DNA of 64,000 nucleotides from the NCBI RefSeq assembly GCF_045037415.1, contig NZ_CP173438.1, one strand, 5' to 3'. Made by a program: the position numbers and the translations under genes. Below the pieces are notes generated by a model. The model saw nothing but the letters and a program-made list of their open reading frames with translations, was not told where the DNA came from and made no database searches. This stretch comes from Escherichia coli. Its GTDB lineage: Bacteria; Pseudomonadota; Gammaproteobacteria; Enterobacterales; Enterobacteriaceae. Below, piece after piece: positions 37,672-49,911 of this stretch; positions within the stretch are counted from its first letter, which is position 1, and the number at the start of each line of letters is the position of its first letter.

Positions 37672-38595
37672 TTATTCACTCATCGCATCGCGCCAGATCT
37701 TGTCAACGATACGTTGCGCCAGCACGGCCTGTTCGCCGGCTGTTTGCGGAACTGTCTGATTTTGCACGCATTCAATGAAGTGCCGCGCACAGTCGACAAA
37801 TCCACGTTGCTCAAGCGTACTCTGCCAACCAGGAATCGGTTTATGCACTACGCCCTGCCCGCGCTCCTCACGCCATTCGCGCATATCCGTAATGTCGATC
37901 AGCGCACCATCAGTCACGGCCTGCACGGTTTCACGCTGACTTCCGGCCCGGCGATGCATACAGGTGGTGATCTGCAAAGGACCAGCCGAAAAATGGTGCT
38001 CGGCAAACAGCATTTCGCCGGACTCATTGGTCAGCAACGTACCGCTTTCGAGAGTTGCATTGCCGCCAGACAACCACAGCGCGGTATCAACCACATGCAA
38101 ATAATCATCCAGCAATGTGAAATAAAGATCGTGTGGCCCGACGCTATTGGTACGATGTTTATCCATTCTTAGCGAGGACGCGGTGGCGAGTTGCGTTTTT
38201 AACTCACCGTAGAGTGGTGCGAAACGACGGTTAAAACCGACCATCAACGTCAGTTTTTTCCGCGCCGCCAGTTCCACCAGCCGTTCAGCATCGCGCAGAT
38301 TTTCTGCCAGCGGTTTATCGACACAGACATGTACCCCCGCATTGAGTAACGTACTGACCACGCCAAAGTGGCTGGCGGTGCTGGAATGCACAAAAACCGC
38401 ATCGCAACTGGCGGCAAGGCTGGATAACGAATCAGCATAAGGAATGCGCCAGCTGTCACAAATTGGCAGGGCTTTGGCGCGCGTAGGCGACCAGGCACCT
38501 TGTAACGTCCAGTCAGACGCTGCCGCCAGCACCGGTAACCACGCTTTTTGCGCGATGCCGCCTAACCCCACTACGCCGATACGTAATTTTTTCAC
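37672..38595 (-). CDS. mviM: Gfo/Idh/MocA-family oxidoreductase
   Basis: ORF with (M)KKLRIGVVGLGGIAQKAW... Rossmann motif; start assigned to GTG 38593-38595 (307 aa). Confidence 0.88.
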   Translation of the reverse strand: MKKLRIGVVGLGGIAQKAWLPVLAAASDWTLQGAWSPTRAKALPICDSWRIPYADSLSSLAASCDAVFVHSSTASHFGVVSTLLNAGVHVCVDKPLAENLRDAERLVELAARKKLTLMVGFNRRFAPLYGELKTQLATASSLRMDKHRTNSVGPHDLYFTLLDDYLHVVDTALWLSGGNATLESGTLLTNESGEMLFAEHHFSAGPLQITTCMHRRAGSQRETVQAVTDGALIDITDMREWREERGQGVVHKPIPGWQSTLEQRGFVDCARHFIECVQNQTVPQTAGEQAVLAQRIVDKIWRDAMSE

Positions 38596-38596
38596 T

Positions 38597-39839
<1,243 letters not shown>

Positions 39840-40074
39840 TCTATACCTACTCCTTCCCGTAACGTCTTTAATACGCTGTAAGTATTACTATACCTGCGCA
39901 ACCAGACCCTGTGAAAAGTCCAGAATGCCATTTTCTGCATTATTCACATATTTGATAAAAACTCTCTATCAAAGCGACGTTTTGATAAAAAAATATTGTC
40001 CCCGAAGTGATGGGAAAAGTCTTAGCGGCAATGCAGAATAGAAAGTGCTCATCTTTTATTTCCCGGGAGGGGAA

Positions 40075-41283
40075 ATGTCCCGCGTGTCGCAGGCGAGGAA
40101 CCTGGGTAAATATTTCCTGCTCATCGATAATATGCTGGTCGTGCTGGGGTTCTTTGTTGTCTTCCCGCTGATCTCTATCCGCTTCGTTGATCAAATGGGC
40201 TGGGCCGCCGTCATGGTCGGTATTGCCCTCGGTCTACGCCAGTTTATTCAGCAAGGTCTGGGTATTTTCGGCGGCGCAATTGCCGACCGCTTTGGTGCCA
40301 AACCGATGATTGTCACCGGTATGCTGATGCGTGCCGCCGGATTCGCCACAATGGGTATCGCCCACGAACCGTGGCTACTGTGGTTTTCATGCCTGCTTTC
40401 GGGACTCGGCGGCACGTTGTTTGATCCTCCGCGTTCGGCGCTGGTGGTGAAACTAATCCGTCCACAACAGCGTGGTCGTTTTTTCTCGCTGTTGATGATG
40501 CAGGACAGTGCCGGTGCGGTCATTGGCGCATTGTTGGGGAGCTGGCTGTTGCAATACGACTTTCGCCTGGTCTGCGCCACAGGGGCAGTTTTGTTTGTGC
40601 TGTGTGCGGCGTTCAATGCGTGGTTGTTACCAGCATGGAAACTCTCCACCGTACGCACGCCCGTTCGCGAAGGCATGACCCGCGTGATGCGCGACAAGCG
40701 TTTTGTCACCTATGTCCTGACGCTGGCGGGTTACTACATGCTGGCTGTACAAGTGATGCTGATGCTGCCAATTATGGTCAACGACGTGGCTGGCGCGCCC
40801 TCTGCCGTTAAATGGATGTATGCCATTGAAGCGTGTCTGTCGTTAACGTTGCTCTACCCTATCGCCCGCTGGAGTGAAAAGCATTTTCGTCTGGAACACC
40901 GGTTAATGGCTGGGCTGTTGATAATGTCATTAAGCATGATGCCAGTGGGCATGGTCAGCGGCCTGCAACAACTTTTCACCCTGATTTGTCTGTTTTATAT
41001 CGGGTCGATCATTGCCGAGCCTGCGCGTGAAACCTTAAGTGCTTCGCTGGCAGACGCAAGAGCTCGCGGCAGCTATATGGGATTTAGCCGTCTGGGTCTG
41101 GCGATTGGCGGCGCTATTGGTTATATCGGTGGCGGCTGGCTGTTTGACCTGGGCAAATCGGCGCACCAGCCAGAGCTTCCGTGGATGATGCTGGGCATTA
41201 TTGGCATCTTCACTTTCCTTGCGCTGGGTTGGCAGTTTAGCCAGAAACGCGCCGCGCGTCGTTTGCTTGAACGCGACGCCTGA
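40075..41283 (+). CDS. mdtH: MFS multidrug efflux transporter
   Basis: ORF with [27 protein letters not shown]... start at ATG 40075 (402 aa); 12-TM MFS profile. Confidence 0.92.
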
Positions 41284-41346
41284 TTTGATACTCCCCCCTG
41301 ACTCCTCCATACTGAAAGAGAACTGACAGCCAAATGGAGGAGTCAC

Positions 41347-41994
41347 GTGAAGCTATACATTTACGATCACTGCCCTTACTGCCTCAAAGCCCGCATGATT
41401 TTCGGCCTGAAAAATATCCCCGTCGAATTACATGTTCTGCTCAACGACGACGCAGAAACACCCACCCGGATGGTCGGTCAAAAACAGGTTCCCATTCTGC
41501 AAAAAGATGACAGCCGCTATATGCCAGAAAGCATGGACATCGTTCACTATGTCGATAAACTCGACGGCAAACCGTTACTGACCGGCAAACGTTCCCCTGC
41601 CATTGAAGAGTGGCTGCGCAAGGTCAATGGCTACGCCAACAAACTGCTGTTGCCGCGTTTTGCCAAATCGGCATTTGATGAGTTTTCTACTCCTGCCGCG
41701 CGCAAATATTTCGTCGACAAGAAAGAGGCCAGCGCGGGTAATTTTGCCGACCTGCTGGCCCACTCTGACGGTCTGATTAAGAATATCAGCGATGATTTAC
41801 GTGCGCTGGACAAACTGATCGTCAAACCGAACGCCGTGAATGGCGAACTTTCGGAAGATGATATTCAGCTATTTCCGCTCCTGCGTAATCTGACGCTAGT
41901 AGCCGGAATCAACTGGCCAAGCCGCGTTGCTGATTACCGCGATAATATGGCGAAACAGACACAAATCAATTTGTTATCATCAATGGCGATTTAA
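41347..41994 (+). CDS. grxB: glutaredoxin 2
   Basis: 215 aa ORF (GTG start) MKLYIYDHCPYCLKARMIFG... with CPYC active site. Confidence 0.95.
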   Translation: MKLYIYDHCPYCLKARMIFGLKNIPVELHVLLNDDAETPTRMVGQKQVPILQKDDSRYMPESMDIVHYVDKLDGKPLLTGKRSPAIEEWLRKVNGYANKLLLPRFAKSAFDEFSTPAARKYFVDKKEASAGNFADLLAHSDGLIKNISDDLRALDKLIVKPNAVNGELSEDDIQLFPLLRNLTLVAGINWPSRVADYRDNMAKQTQINLLSSMAI

Positions 41995-42004
41995 TCCTGA
42001 CCCG

Positions 42005-42050
42005 TCGCGGCAGCCTGTATTCGCGGGTTGCCGCCGTTTTCAGTTTTTTC
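42005..42050 (+). terminator. probable terminator after grxB
   Basis: Imperfect GC-rich stem (cggcagcc...ggttgccg) followed by two T-runs (42037-42050). Confidence 0.5.
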
Positions 42051-42126
42051 TGCTGGCGCGTTATCGCTGGTGACACATGCTGCGTTGTGTCAGGATATTG
42101 ACGCAGATTTCATGTCGAGGACTACC

Positions 42127-42687
42127 ATGAACAAGTTTTTATTTGCCGCTGCATTGATCGTCAGTGGCCTGCTCGTTGGCTGTAATCAACTCACCCAATA
42201 CACCATCACCGAACAAGAAATTAACCAGTCGCTTGCGAAACATAATAATTTCTCAAAAGATATCGGTTTACCCGGCGTGGCTGACGCCCATATCGTTCTG
42301 ACAAACCTGACCAGCCAAATTGGTCGCGAAGAGCCGAATAAGGTTACCCTAACCGGAGACGCCAATCTGGACATGAACTCCCTGTTCGGTAGCCAGAAAG
42401 CGACCATGAAACTGAAGCTGAAAGCGCTGCCCGTGTTTGATAAAGAAAAAGGCGCGATCTTCCTGAAAGAGATGGAAGTGGTCGATGCGACGGTACAACC
42501 GGAAAAAATGCAAACGGTGATGCAAACGTTGCTTCCCTATTTAAACCAGGCATTACGCAATTACTTTAACCAGCAACCTGCTTACGTCCTGCGCGAAGAT
42601 GGCAGCCAGGGCGAAGCAATGGCGAAGAAACTGGCGAAAGGCATTGAAGTGAAGCCAGGCGAAATTGTCATTCCGTTTACTGATTAA
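42127..42687 (+). CDS. yceB: lipoprotein YceB (DUF1439)
   Basis: ORF with MNKFLFAAALIVSGLLVGC... start at ATG 42127 (186 aa); lipobox LVGC. Confidence 0.9.
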   Translation: MNKFLFAAALIVSGLLVGCNQLTQYTITEQEINQSLAKHNNFSKDIGLPGVADAHIVLTNLTSQIGREEPNKVTLTGDANLDMNSLFGSQKATMKLKLKALPVFDKEKGAIFLKEMEVVDATVQPEKMQTVMQTLLPYLNQALRNYFNQQPAYVLREDGSQGEAMAKKLAKGIEVKPGEIVIPFTD

Positions 42688-42692
42688 TCACG

Positions 42693-42718
42693 AGGGCGCA
42701 TTCGCGCCCTTTATTTTT
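42693..42718 (+). terminator. rho-independent terminator of yceB
   Basis: Stem agggcgc/gcgccct with 4-nt loop followed by TTTATTTTT. Confidence 0.85.
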
Positions 42719-42724
42719 CGTGCA

Positions 42725-42741
42725 AAGGAAAACGTTTCCGC
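42725..42741 (+). promoter_or_regulatory. candidate PurR operator upstream of pyrC
   Basis: Palindrome aGGAAAACGTTTCCgc centred on AAACGTTT, about 60 bp upstream of the pyrC ATG; pyrC is a known PurR-regulated gene. Confidence 0.6.
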
Positions 42742-42792
42742 TTATCCTTTGTGTCCGGCAAAAACATCCCTTCAGCCGGAGCATAGAGATTA

Positions 42793-43836
42793 ATGACTGC
42801 ACCATCCCAGGTTTTAAAGATCCGCCGCCCAGACGACTGGCACCTTCACCTCCGCGATGGCGACATGTTAAAAACTGTCGTGCCGTATACCAGCGAAATT
42901 TATGGACGGGCTATCGTAATGCCCAATCTGGCTCCGCCCGTGACCACCGTAGAGGCTGCCGTGGCGTATCGCCAGCGTATTCTTGACGCCGTACCTGCCG
43001 GGCACGATTTCACCCCGCTGATGACCTGTTATTTAACAGATTCGCTGGATCCTAATGAGCTGGAGCGCGGATTTAACGAAGGCGTGTTCACCGCTGCAAA
43101 ACTTTATCCGGCAAATGCAACCACTAACTCCAGCCACGGCGTTACGTCAGTTGACGCAATCATGCCGGTACTTGAGCGCATGGAAAAAATCGGTATGCCG
43201 CTACTGGTGCATGGTGAAGTAACACATGCAGATATCGACATTTTTGATCGTGAAGCGCGCTTTATAGAAAGCGTGATGGAACCGCTGCGCCAGCGCCTGA
43301 CCGCGCTGAAAGTCGTTTTTGAGCATATCACCACCAAAGACGCTGCCGACTATGTCCGTGACGGAAATGAACGGCTGGCTGCCACCATCACTCCGCAGCA
43401 TCTGATGTTTAACCGCAACCATATGCTGGTTGGTGGTGTGCGTCCGCACCTGTATTGTCTACCCATCCTCAAACGCAATATCCACCAACAGGCATTGCGT
43501 GAACTGGTCGCCAGCGGTTTTAATCGTGTATTCCTCGGAACGGATTCTGCGCCACATGCACGTCATCGCAAAGAGAGCAGCTGCGGCTGCGCGGGCTGTT
43601 TCAACGCCCCAACCGCGCTGGGCAGTTACGCTACCGTCTTTGAAGAGATGAATGCTTTGCAGCACTTTGAAGCATTCTGTTCTGTAAACGGCCCGCAGTT
43701 CTATGGCTTGCCGGTCAACGACACATTCATCGAACTGGTACGTGAAGAGCAACAGGTTGCTGAAAGCATCGCACTGACTGATGACACGCTGGTGCCATTC
43801 CTCGCCGGAGAAACGGTACGCTGGTCCGTTAAATAA
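42793..43836 (+). CDS. pyrC: dihydroorotase
   Basis: 347 aa [38 protein letters not shown]... with metal-binding HxH motif. Confidence 0.97.
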   Translation: MTAPSQVLKIRRPDDWHLHLRDGDMLKTVVPYTSEIYGRAIVMPNLAPPVTTVEAAVAYRQRILDAVPAGHDFTPLMTCYLTDSLDPNELERGFNEGVFTAAKLYPANATTNSSHGVTSVDAIMPVLERMEKIGMPLLVHGEVTHADIDIFDREARFIESVMEPLRQRLTALKVVFEHITTKDAADYVRDGNERLAATITPQHLMFNRNHMLVGGVRPHLYCLPILKRNIHQQALRELVASGFNRVFLGTDSAPHARHRKESSCGCAGCFNAPTALGSYATVFEEMNALQHFEAFCSVNGPQFYGLPVNDTFIELVREEQQVAESIALTDDTLVPFLAGETVRWSVK

Positions 43837-43873
43837 TAAAAATCGTAGCTTCCTGTTGTCATTAGGTTATTTT

Positions 43874-43893
43874 ACCTGTATAAATAACCAGTA
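43874..43893 (+). promoter_or_regulatory. LexA (SOS) box of dinI
   Basis: ACCTGTATAAATAACCAGTA: CTGT-N8-CCAG, close to the LexA consensus CTGT-N8-ACAG, 20 bp upstream of the dinI ATG. Confidence 0.85.
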
Positions 43894-43912
43894 TATTCAA
43901 CAGGGGGCTATT

Positions 43913-44158
43913 ATGCGAATTGAAGTCACCATAGCGAAAACTTCTCCATTGCCAGCTGGGGCTATTGACGCCCTGGCTGGCGAACTTTCCCGCCGTATTC
44001 AGTATGCGTTTCCTGATAATGAAGGCCACGTATCGGTACGTTATGCCGCAGCAAATAATTTATCGGTTATTGGCGCGACAAAAGAAGATAAACAGCGCAT
44101 TAGCGAAATTCTCCAGGAGACGTGGGAAAGCGCCGATGACTGGTTTGTCAGCGAATAA
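43913..44158 (+). CDS. dinI: DNA damage-inducible protein I
   Basis: 81 aa ORF MRIEVTIAKTSPLPAGAIDALAGELSRRIQYAFPDNEGHVSVRYAAANN... from ATG 43913; the upstream extension in the ORF track is not supported. Confidence 0.95.
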   Translation: MRIEVTIAKTSPLPAGAIDALAGELSRRIQYAFPDNEGHVSVRYAAANNLSVIGATKEDKQRISEILQETWESADDWFVSE

Positions 44159-44179
44159 TATGCAGTGATTTTTGTTTTT

Positions 44180-44205
44180 GCCGGGTCGCCCCGGCTTTTT
44201 TATTT
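44180..44205 (+). terminator. rho-independent terminator of dinI
   Basis: Stem gccggg/cccggc around tcgc loop followed by TTTTTTATTTT. Confidence 0.85.
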
Positions 44206-44446
44206 TACTTGCGAATTGTGAGTACAAAATTTCTACACTTACTCAAAATAATTGCACAATATGCTAAAAAAATATGAATGACATGCTGTTTTATTGTTCA
44301 TATAAATCTTAAAAGCAGAAATTTATCTGTTCCCCCTTTAAAAATTCGGTGAATACCCTTACTTATTGGTATACTGAAGTTGCTTCAGATAAAAACGCAT
44401 TGAACCTCGAATAACGTTGTCTAGTAACACGAATTAGGGGGCCATG

Positions 44447-44701
44447 ATGGAAAAAAATAATGAAGTCATTCAGACTCATCCGCTCGTAGGGTGGGACATC
44501 AGCACCGTTGATAGCTATGATGCGCTGATGTTGCGTTTGCACTACCAGACCCCAAATAAGTCCGAGCAGGAAGGGACTGAAGTTGGTCAGACGCTCTGGT
44601 TAACCACTGATGTTGCCAGACAATTTATTTCGATATTAGAAGCAGGAATCGCCAAAATTGAATCCGGTGATTTCCAGGTAAACGAGTATCGGCGTCATTA
44701 A
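44447..44701 (+). CDS. bssS: biofilm regulator BssS
   Basis: ORF (M)MEKNNEVIQTHPLVGWDISTVDSYDALMLRLHYQ...; start taken at second ATG (84 aa), could be 44444. Confidence 0.88.
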   Translation: MEKNNEVIQTHPLVGWDISTVDSYDALMLRLHYQTPNKSEQEGTEVGQTLWLTTDVARQFISILEAGIAKIESGDFQVNEYRRH

Positions 44702-44815
44702 CATGACATGACCATCCACCCAAAAGGCACCTCACCGGTGCCTTTACCATTTCTGGGTTGTATATCTGCATTCAGTTAATTACTCTGCTTAAACCATGAG
44801 AGCAGAGAGAAAAAA

Positions 44816-45934
44816 ATGAAATACGATCTCATCATTATTGGCAGCGGTTCCGTAGGCGCTGCCGCCGGGTATTATGCAACCCGCGCCGGTTTAAACGTGC
44901 TAATGACCGACGCCCATATGCCACCGCATCAACACGGCAGCCACCACGGCGATACGCGATTAATTCGCCATGCTTATGGTGAAGGCGAAAAGTATGTCCC
45001 GCTGGTCCTCCACGCGCAAATGCTGTGGGATGAACTTTCCCGCCACAACGAAGATGATCCCATTTTTGTACGCTCTGGTGTCATTAACCTCGGTCCGGCT
45101 GACTCCGCATTTCTCGCCAACGTCGCCCACAGCGCCGACCAGTGGCAACTCAACGTTGAAAAGCTCGACGCGCAAGGGATTATGGCCCGCTGGCCAGAAA
45201 TACGCGTCCCGGACAACTACATCGGTTTATTTGAAACTGATTCCGGTTTTTTGCGCAGCGAACTGGCGATTAAAACCTGGATCCAACTGGCGAAGGAAGC
45301 GGGCTGTGCGCAGCTGTTCAACTGCCCGGTCACCGCAATTCGTCATGACGATGATGGCGTAACTATTGAAACGGCAGACGGTGAGTATCAGGCGAAAAAA
45401 GCGATTGTCTGCGCGGGAACATGGGTAAAAGACCTACTCCCGGAGCTGCCTGTCCAGCCCGTACGCAAAGTATTTGCCTGGTATCAGGCCGATGGCCGCT
45501 ATAGCGTGAAGAATAAATTCCCGGCATTTACCGGTGAGCTGCCCAATGGCGATCAATATTATGGTTTTCCGGCAGAAAACGACGCGTTGAAGATTGGCAA
45601 ACATAACGGAGGCCAGGTTATCCATTCAGCGGATGAACGTGTTCCGTTTGCGGAAGTGGCCAGCGATGGTTCGGAAGCCTTCCCGTTCTTGCGCAATGTG
45701 TTGCCGGGTATCGGTTGCTGCCTGTACGGCGCTGCCTGCACCTATGATAATTCGCCTGACGAAGATTTTATTATCGATACCCTACCCGGCCACGATAATA
45801 CACTGCTCATTACCGGCCTGAGTGGGCACGGTTTTAAATTTGCGTCAGTTTTAGGGGAAATAGCTGCCGATTTTGCGCAAGACAAAAAAAGCGATTTTGA
45901 TTTGACGCCATTCAGGCTTTCCCGCTTCCAATAA
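44816..45934 (+). CDS. solA: N-methyl-L-tryptophan oxidase
   Basis: 372 aa [28 protein letters not shown]... with FAD-binding GxGxxG and covalent-flavin Cys region. Confidence 0.95.
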
Positions 45935-45943
45935 TCATCATTA

Positions 45944-45969
45944 CGGCCTCCAGAATGAGGCCGTTTTTA
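45944..45969 (+). terminator. rho-independent terminator of solA
   Basis: Stem cggcctc/gaggccg followed by TTTTT. Confidence 0.75.
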
Positions 45970-45981
45970 CAGGAGTATTTA

Positions 45982-46095
45982 ATGCGTCGACTGTTGCACT
46001 ATCTCATCAATAATATTCGCGAGCATCTGATGCTTTATCTTTTTCTCTGGGGATTGTTGGCAATTATGGATCTGATCTATGTGTTTTATTTTTAG
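45982..46095 (+). CDS. yceO: small hydrophobic protein (YceO-like)
   Basis: 37-codon [40 protein letters not shown] preceded by aggag; not in ORF track (too short); position matches yceO in E. coli. Confidence 0.6.
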
Positions 46096-46355
46096 TTTTC
46101 CGCACTGACATAAACTGACAAATATTTAATCTCCCTTTCATTTAGCGTGAAAAATTGAATGAGATTCTTCCTGCCTCTACAGCACTCACTAGACCTTCCA
46201 GATGCTTAACCCACTAAACTTATGAAGATTCTTTCATTATTAATTCAAAATTATTGAAATAAAAATAAATATCATTCAATTTGTTATTTTTGTGTTGCAA
46301 TTCATTCTCCGACACGCCATTTTCTTTCTCTCGCAAATTCGTTTTGGATGTACTT

Positions 46356-46922
46356 ATGTCATTCACAAATACCCCTGAACGCTATGGTGTTATATCTGCG
46401 GCCTTACATTGGCTAAGCGCAATTATTGTCTACGGCATGTTTGCTTTAGGTCTGTGGATGGTCACGCTCAGTTATTACGATGGCTGGTATCACAAAGCAC
46501 CCGAACTGCATAAAAGCATCGGTATTTTGTTAATGATGGGGCTGGTTATTCGCGTTCTGTGGCGTGTCATATCTCCACCGCCGGGTCCGCTGCCGAGTTA
46601 TTCGCCCATGACTCGTCTTGCAGCAAAAGCTGGACATCTCGCATTGTACCTATTGCTGTTCGCCATCGGCATCAGCGGCTATCTGATCTCAACTGCCGAT
46701 GGTAAACCGATCAGCGTTTTTGGCTGGTTTGACGTCCCCGCGACCCTCTCCGACGCTGGCGCACAGGCTGACTTTGCCGGTGCCCTGCATTTTTGGCTCG
46801 CGTGGAGCGTTGTAGTACTGTCCGTTATGCACGGATTTATGGCCCTGAAGCATCATTTCATCGATAAAGACGACACTCTGAAGCGCATGCTGGGAAAGTC
46901 GTCATCTGACTATGGAGTATAA
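46356..46922 (+). CDS. yceJ: cytochrome b561 family protein
   Basis: ORF with MSFTNTPERYGVISAALHWLSAIIVYGMFALG... start at ATG 46356 (188 aa); four TM helices with conserved His. Confidence 0.9.
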   Translation: MSFTNTPERYGVISAALHWLSAIIVYGMFALGLWMVTLSYYDGWYHKAPELHKSIGILLMMGLVIRVLWRVISPPPGPLPSYSPMTRLAAKAGHLALYLLLFAIGISGYLISTADGKPISVFGWFDVPATLSDAGAQADFAGALHFWLAWSVVVLSVMHGFMALKHHFIDKDDTLKRMLGKSSSDYGV

Positions 46923-46925
46923 AAA

Positions 46926-47501
46926 ATGAAAAAAAGCCTGCTTGGTTTAACCTTCGCTTCCTTGATGTTCTCTGCCGGTTCAGCGGTTGCCGCCGATTAC
47001 AAAATTGACAAAGAAGGTCAGCACGCCTTTGTTAACTTCCGAATCCAGCATCTTGGCTATAGCTGGTTATATGGCACCTTCAAAGATTTCGACGGTACTT
47101 TTACCTTTGATGAAAAAAATCCAGCTGCCGATAAAGTGAATGTGACAATTAACACCACCAGCGTCGATACTAATCACGCCGAACGCGATAAACATCTTCG
47201 CAGTGCGGATTTCCTCAATACCGCAAAATATCCACAGGCAACATTCACCTCCACCAGCGTGAAGAAAGACGGTGACGAACTGGATATTACCGGCAATCTG
47301 ACGCTGAATGGTGTAACCAAGCCCGTCACACTGGAAGCGAAATTAATTGGTCAGGGTGACGACCCGTGGGGCGGTAAACGTGCAGGCTTTGAGGCCGAAG
47401 GCAAAATTAAGCTCAAAGACTTCAATATCAAGACAGATTTAGGTCCAGCGTCTCAGGAAGTGGATCTGATTATTTCAGTGGAAGGCGTACAGCAGAAGTA
47501 A
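46926..47501 (+). CDS. yceI: periplasmic YceI-family polyisoprenoid-binding protein
   Basis: 191 aa [41 protein letters not shown]... with signal peptide. Confidence 0.93.
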   Translation: MKKSLLGLTFASLMFSAGSAVAADYKIDKEGQHAFVNFRIQHLGYSWLYGTFKDFDGTFTFDEKNPAADKVNVTINTTSVDTNHAERDKHLRSADFLNTAKYPQATFTSTSVKKDGDELDITGNLTLNGVTKPVTLEAKLIGQGDDPWGGKRAGFEAEGKIKLKDFNIKTDLGPASQEVDLIISVEGVQQK

Positions 47502-47511
47502 GAGTGAAATG

Positions 47512-47536
47512 TTGCCGGATGGCACGCATCCGGCAA
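47512..47536. terminator. palindrome between convergent yceI and yceA (REP-like, likely bidirectional terminator)
   Basis: ttgccggatg-gcacg-catccggcaa perfect 10-bp arms. Confidence 0.7.
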
Positions 47537-47542
47537 TGATAT

Positions 47543-48595
47543 TTATTCTGTTGGATCAGGAATGCCCAGTGTTGTATTCAGACGTCCACGAGACTTATTA
47601 AAGATCTTATTGCCATTTTCACGTCCTGCCCGACGGCGTCGCTGTTCCTCTGGCGGTAACGCGCTTTCTTCGCAGCAAATCTCACTACAACAACCTTTGT
47701 ATTTTTCCGCACATACTGGACACTGAATAAACAGCAGATGGCAGCCATCATTTTTACAGTTGGTATGGCTGTCGCACGGCGCACCGCACTGGTGGCAGTG
47801 CGCGATAATCTCATCAGATATACGTTCGCCCATCCGCTCGTCAAAAACAAAATTTTTGCCAATAAAACGCACCGGCAAGCCCTGCTCGCGCGCCTTACGG
47901 GCGTATTCAATAATTCCGCCCTCGATATGCCAGACTTTGTTGAATCCGTTATGTTTCATCCAGGCACTGGCCTTTTCACAACGAATGCCGCCGGTGCAGT
48001 ACATGACGATTTTTTTATCTTTATGTGCCTGCATCATCTCAACTGCTTTTGGCAGCTGCTCACGGAAGGTATCTGCCGGTATTTCCAGCGCGTTTTCAAA
48101 GTGCCCCACTTCATACTCATAGTGGTTACGCATGTCGATAAACAATGCATCGGGATCGTCAAGCATGGCGTTCACTTCCGCCGCTTGCAGATACTCACCA
48201 ACATTGCTGGCATCAAAGTGAGGATCGTCAATACCGTCGGCAACAATGCGATCGCGTACCTTCATACGCAGTACCCAGAAGGATTTCCCGTCATCATCCA
48301 ACGCGATATTCAGGCGTAAACCCTCTAAAGCCGGATCGAAGGCATAGAGCTGTGCGCGAAATGTTTCAACATTGCTCGCAGGTACGCTGATTTGCGCGTT
48401 AATGCCCTCATGCGCCAGATACACTCGCCCAAAAACATTCAGCGCGGTAAACAGTTGATATAAAGCGTCACGGGTCACCTTAGGATCGGCAATGTGGAAA
48501 TACTTATAAAACGAAATGGTGGTTCGCGGTTCGCTCTCAGCCAACATTTTGGCTTTTAACGCGTCGTTGGAAATGCGGTTGTGTAACACTGGCAT
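47543..48595 (-). CDS. yceA: rhodanese-domain tRNA uridine(34) hydroxylase
   Basis: ORF with [33 protein letters not shown]... start (ATG 48593-48595, 350 aa); rhodanese CTGGIRC motif and Cys-rich C-terminus. Confidence 0.9.
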   Translation of the reverse strand: MPVLHNRISNDALKAKMLAESEPRTTISFYKYFHIADPKVTRDALYQLFTALNVFGRVYLAHEGINAQISVPASNVETFRAQLYAFDPALEGLRLNIALDDDGKSFWVLRMKVRDRIVADGIDDPHFDASNVGEYLQAAEVNAMLDDPDALFIDMRNHYEYEVGHFENALEIPADTFREQLPKAVEMMQAHKDKKIVMYCTGGIRCEKASAWMKHNGFNKVWHIEGGIIEYARKAREQGLPVRFIGKNFVFDERMGERISDEIIAHCHQCGAPCDSHTNCKNDGCHLLFIQCPVCAEKYKGCCSEICCEESALPPEEQRRRRAGRENGNKIFNKSRGRLNTTLGIPDPTE

Positions 48596-48819
48596 GGTGT
48601 ACGGTTCCTGCGAGATGGGAAAGTAAAAATCCGCGGCATGATATAGCAATTATCGATAATTAACATCCACACATTTTACGCTACATTTTAGCATTAAAAA
48701 TTATTTGTTATTTACAAGCGCGGCAATTTCGCCCAGTCTTCAGTCACAAATTTTGGTTGCGGACGAAAAAATGCGACAATACATACAATTGCCCGTATAG
48801 GTTGAAAAACAGGATTGAT

Positions 48820-49740
48820 ATGACGAATCTACCCAAGTTCTCCACCGCACTGCTTCATCCGCGTTATTGGTTAACCTGGTTGGGTATTGGCGTACTTTGG
48901 TTGGTCGTGCAATTGCCCTACCCGGTTATCTACCGCCTCGGTTGTGGATTAGGAAAACTGGCGTTACGTTTTATGAAACGACGCGCAAAAATTGTGCATC
49001 GCAACCTGGAACTGTGCTTCCCGGAAATGAGCGAACAAGAACGCCGTAAAATGGTGGTGAAGAATTTCGAATCCGTTGGCATGGGCCTGATGGAAACCGG
49101 CATGGCGTGGTTCTGGCCGGACCGCCGAATCGCCCGCTGGACGGAAGTGATCGGCATGGAACACATTCGTGACGTGCAGGCGCAAAAACGCGGCATCCTG
49201 TTAGTTGGCATCCATTTTCTGACACTGGAGCTGGGTGCGCGGCAGTTTGGTATGCAGGAACCGGGGATTGGCGTTTACCGCCCGAACGATAATCCACTGA
49301 TTGACTGGCTACAAACCTGGGGCCGTTTGCGCTCAAATAAATCGATGCTCGACCGCAAAGATTTAAAAGGCATGATTAAAGCCCTGAAAAAAGGCGAAGT
49401 GGTCTGGTACGCACCGGATCATGATTACGGCCCGCGCTCAAGCGTTTTCGTCCCGTTGTTTGCCGTTGAGCAGGCTGCGACCACGACCGGAACCTGGATG
49501 CTGGCACGGATGTCCGGCGCATGTCTGGTGCCCTTCGTTCCACGCCGTAAGCCAGATGGCAAAGGGTATCAGTTGATTATACTGCCGCCAGAGTGTTCTC
49601 CGCCGCTGGATGATGCCGAAACTACCGCCGCGTGGATGAACAAAGTGGTCGAAAAATGCATCATGATGGCACCAGAGCAGTATATGTGGTTACACCGTCG
49701 CTTTAAAACACGCCCGGAAGGCGTTCCTTCACGCTATTAA
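48820..49740 (+). CDS. lpxL: lipid A lauroyl acyltransferase
   Basis: ORF with [34 protein letters not shown]... start at ATG 48820 (306 aa). Confidence 0.93.
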   Translation: MTNLPKFSTALLHPRYWLTWLGIGVLWLVVQLPYPVIYRLGCGLGKLALRFMKRRAKIVHRNLELCFPEMSEQERRKMVVKNFESVGMGLMETGMAWFWPDRRIARWTEVIGMEHIRDVQAQKRGILLVGIHFLTLELGARQFGMQEPGIGVYRPNDNPLIDWLQTWGRLRSNKSMLDRKDLKGMIKALKKGEVVWYAPDHDYGPRSSVFVPLFAVEQAATTTGTWMLARMSGACLVPFVPRRKPDGKGYQLIILPPECSPPLDDAETTAAWMNKVVEKCIMMAPEQYMWLHRRFKTRPEGVPSRY

Positions 49741-49911
49741 ATCTTCCATGCTGGATGCTTCAGAATGGCATCCGGCATTACCACAGAAAATCCCCCTGAT
49801 TTAGCGATAAAAGCTCTCTGGATTGCGCCCCCTGGAAGTCGGGCGCATAATTAGTGTGCTTATCTTTTCTTCTTATGTTCACCGCGCCTGGCGCACCAAC
49901 AGCGGATTGCT

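Noticed and set aside
43781-43912. Upstream extension of dinI (125 aa ORF)
   Set aside because: The extension runs through the pyrC 3' end and across the LexA box and promoter; DinI is an 81 aa protein starting at ATG 43913.
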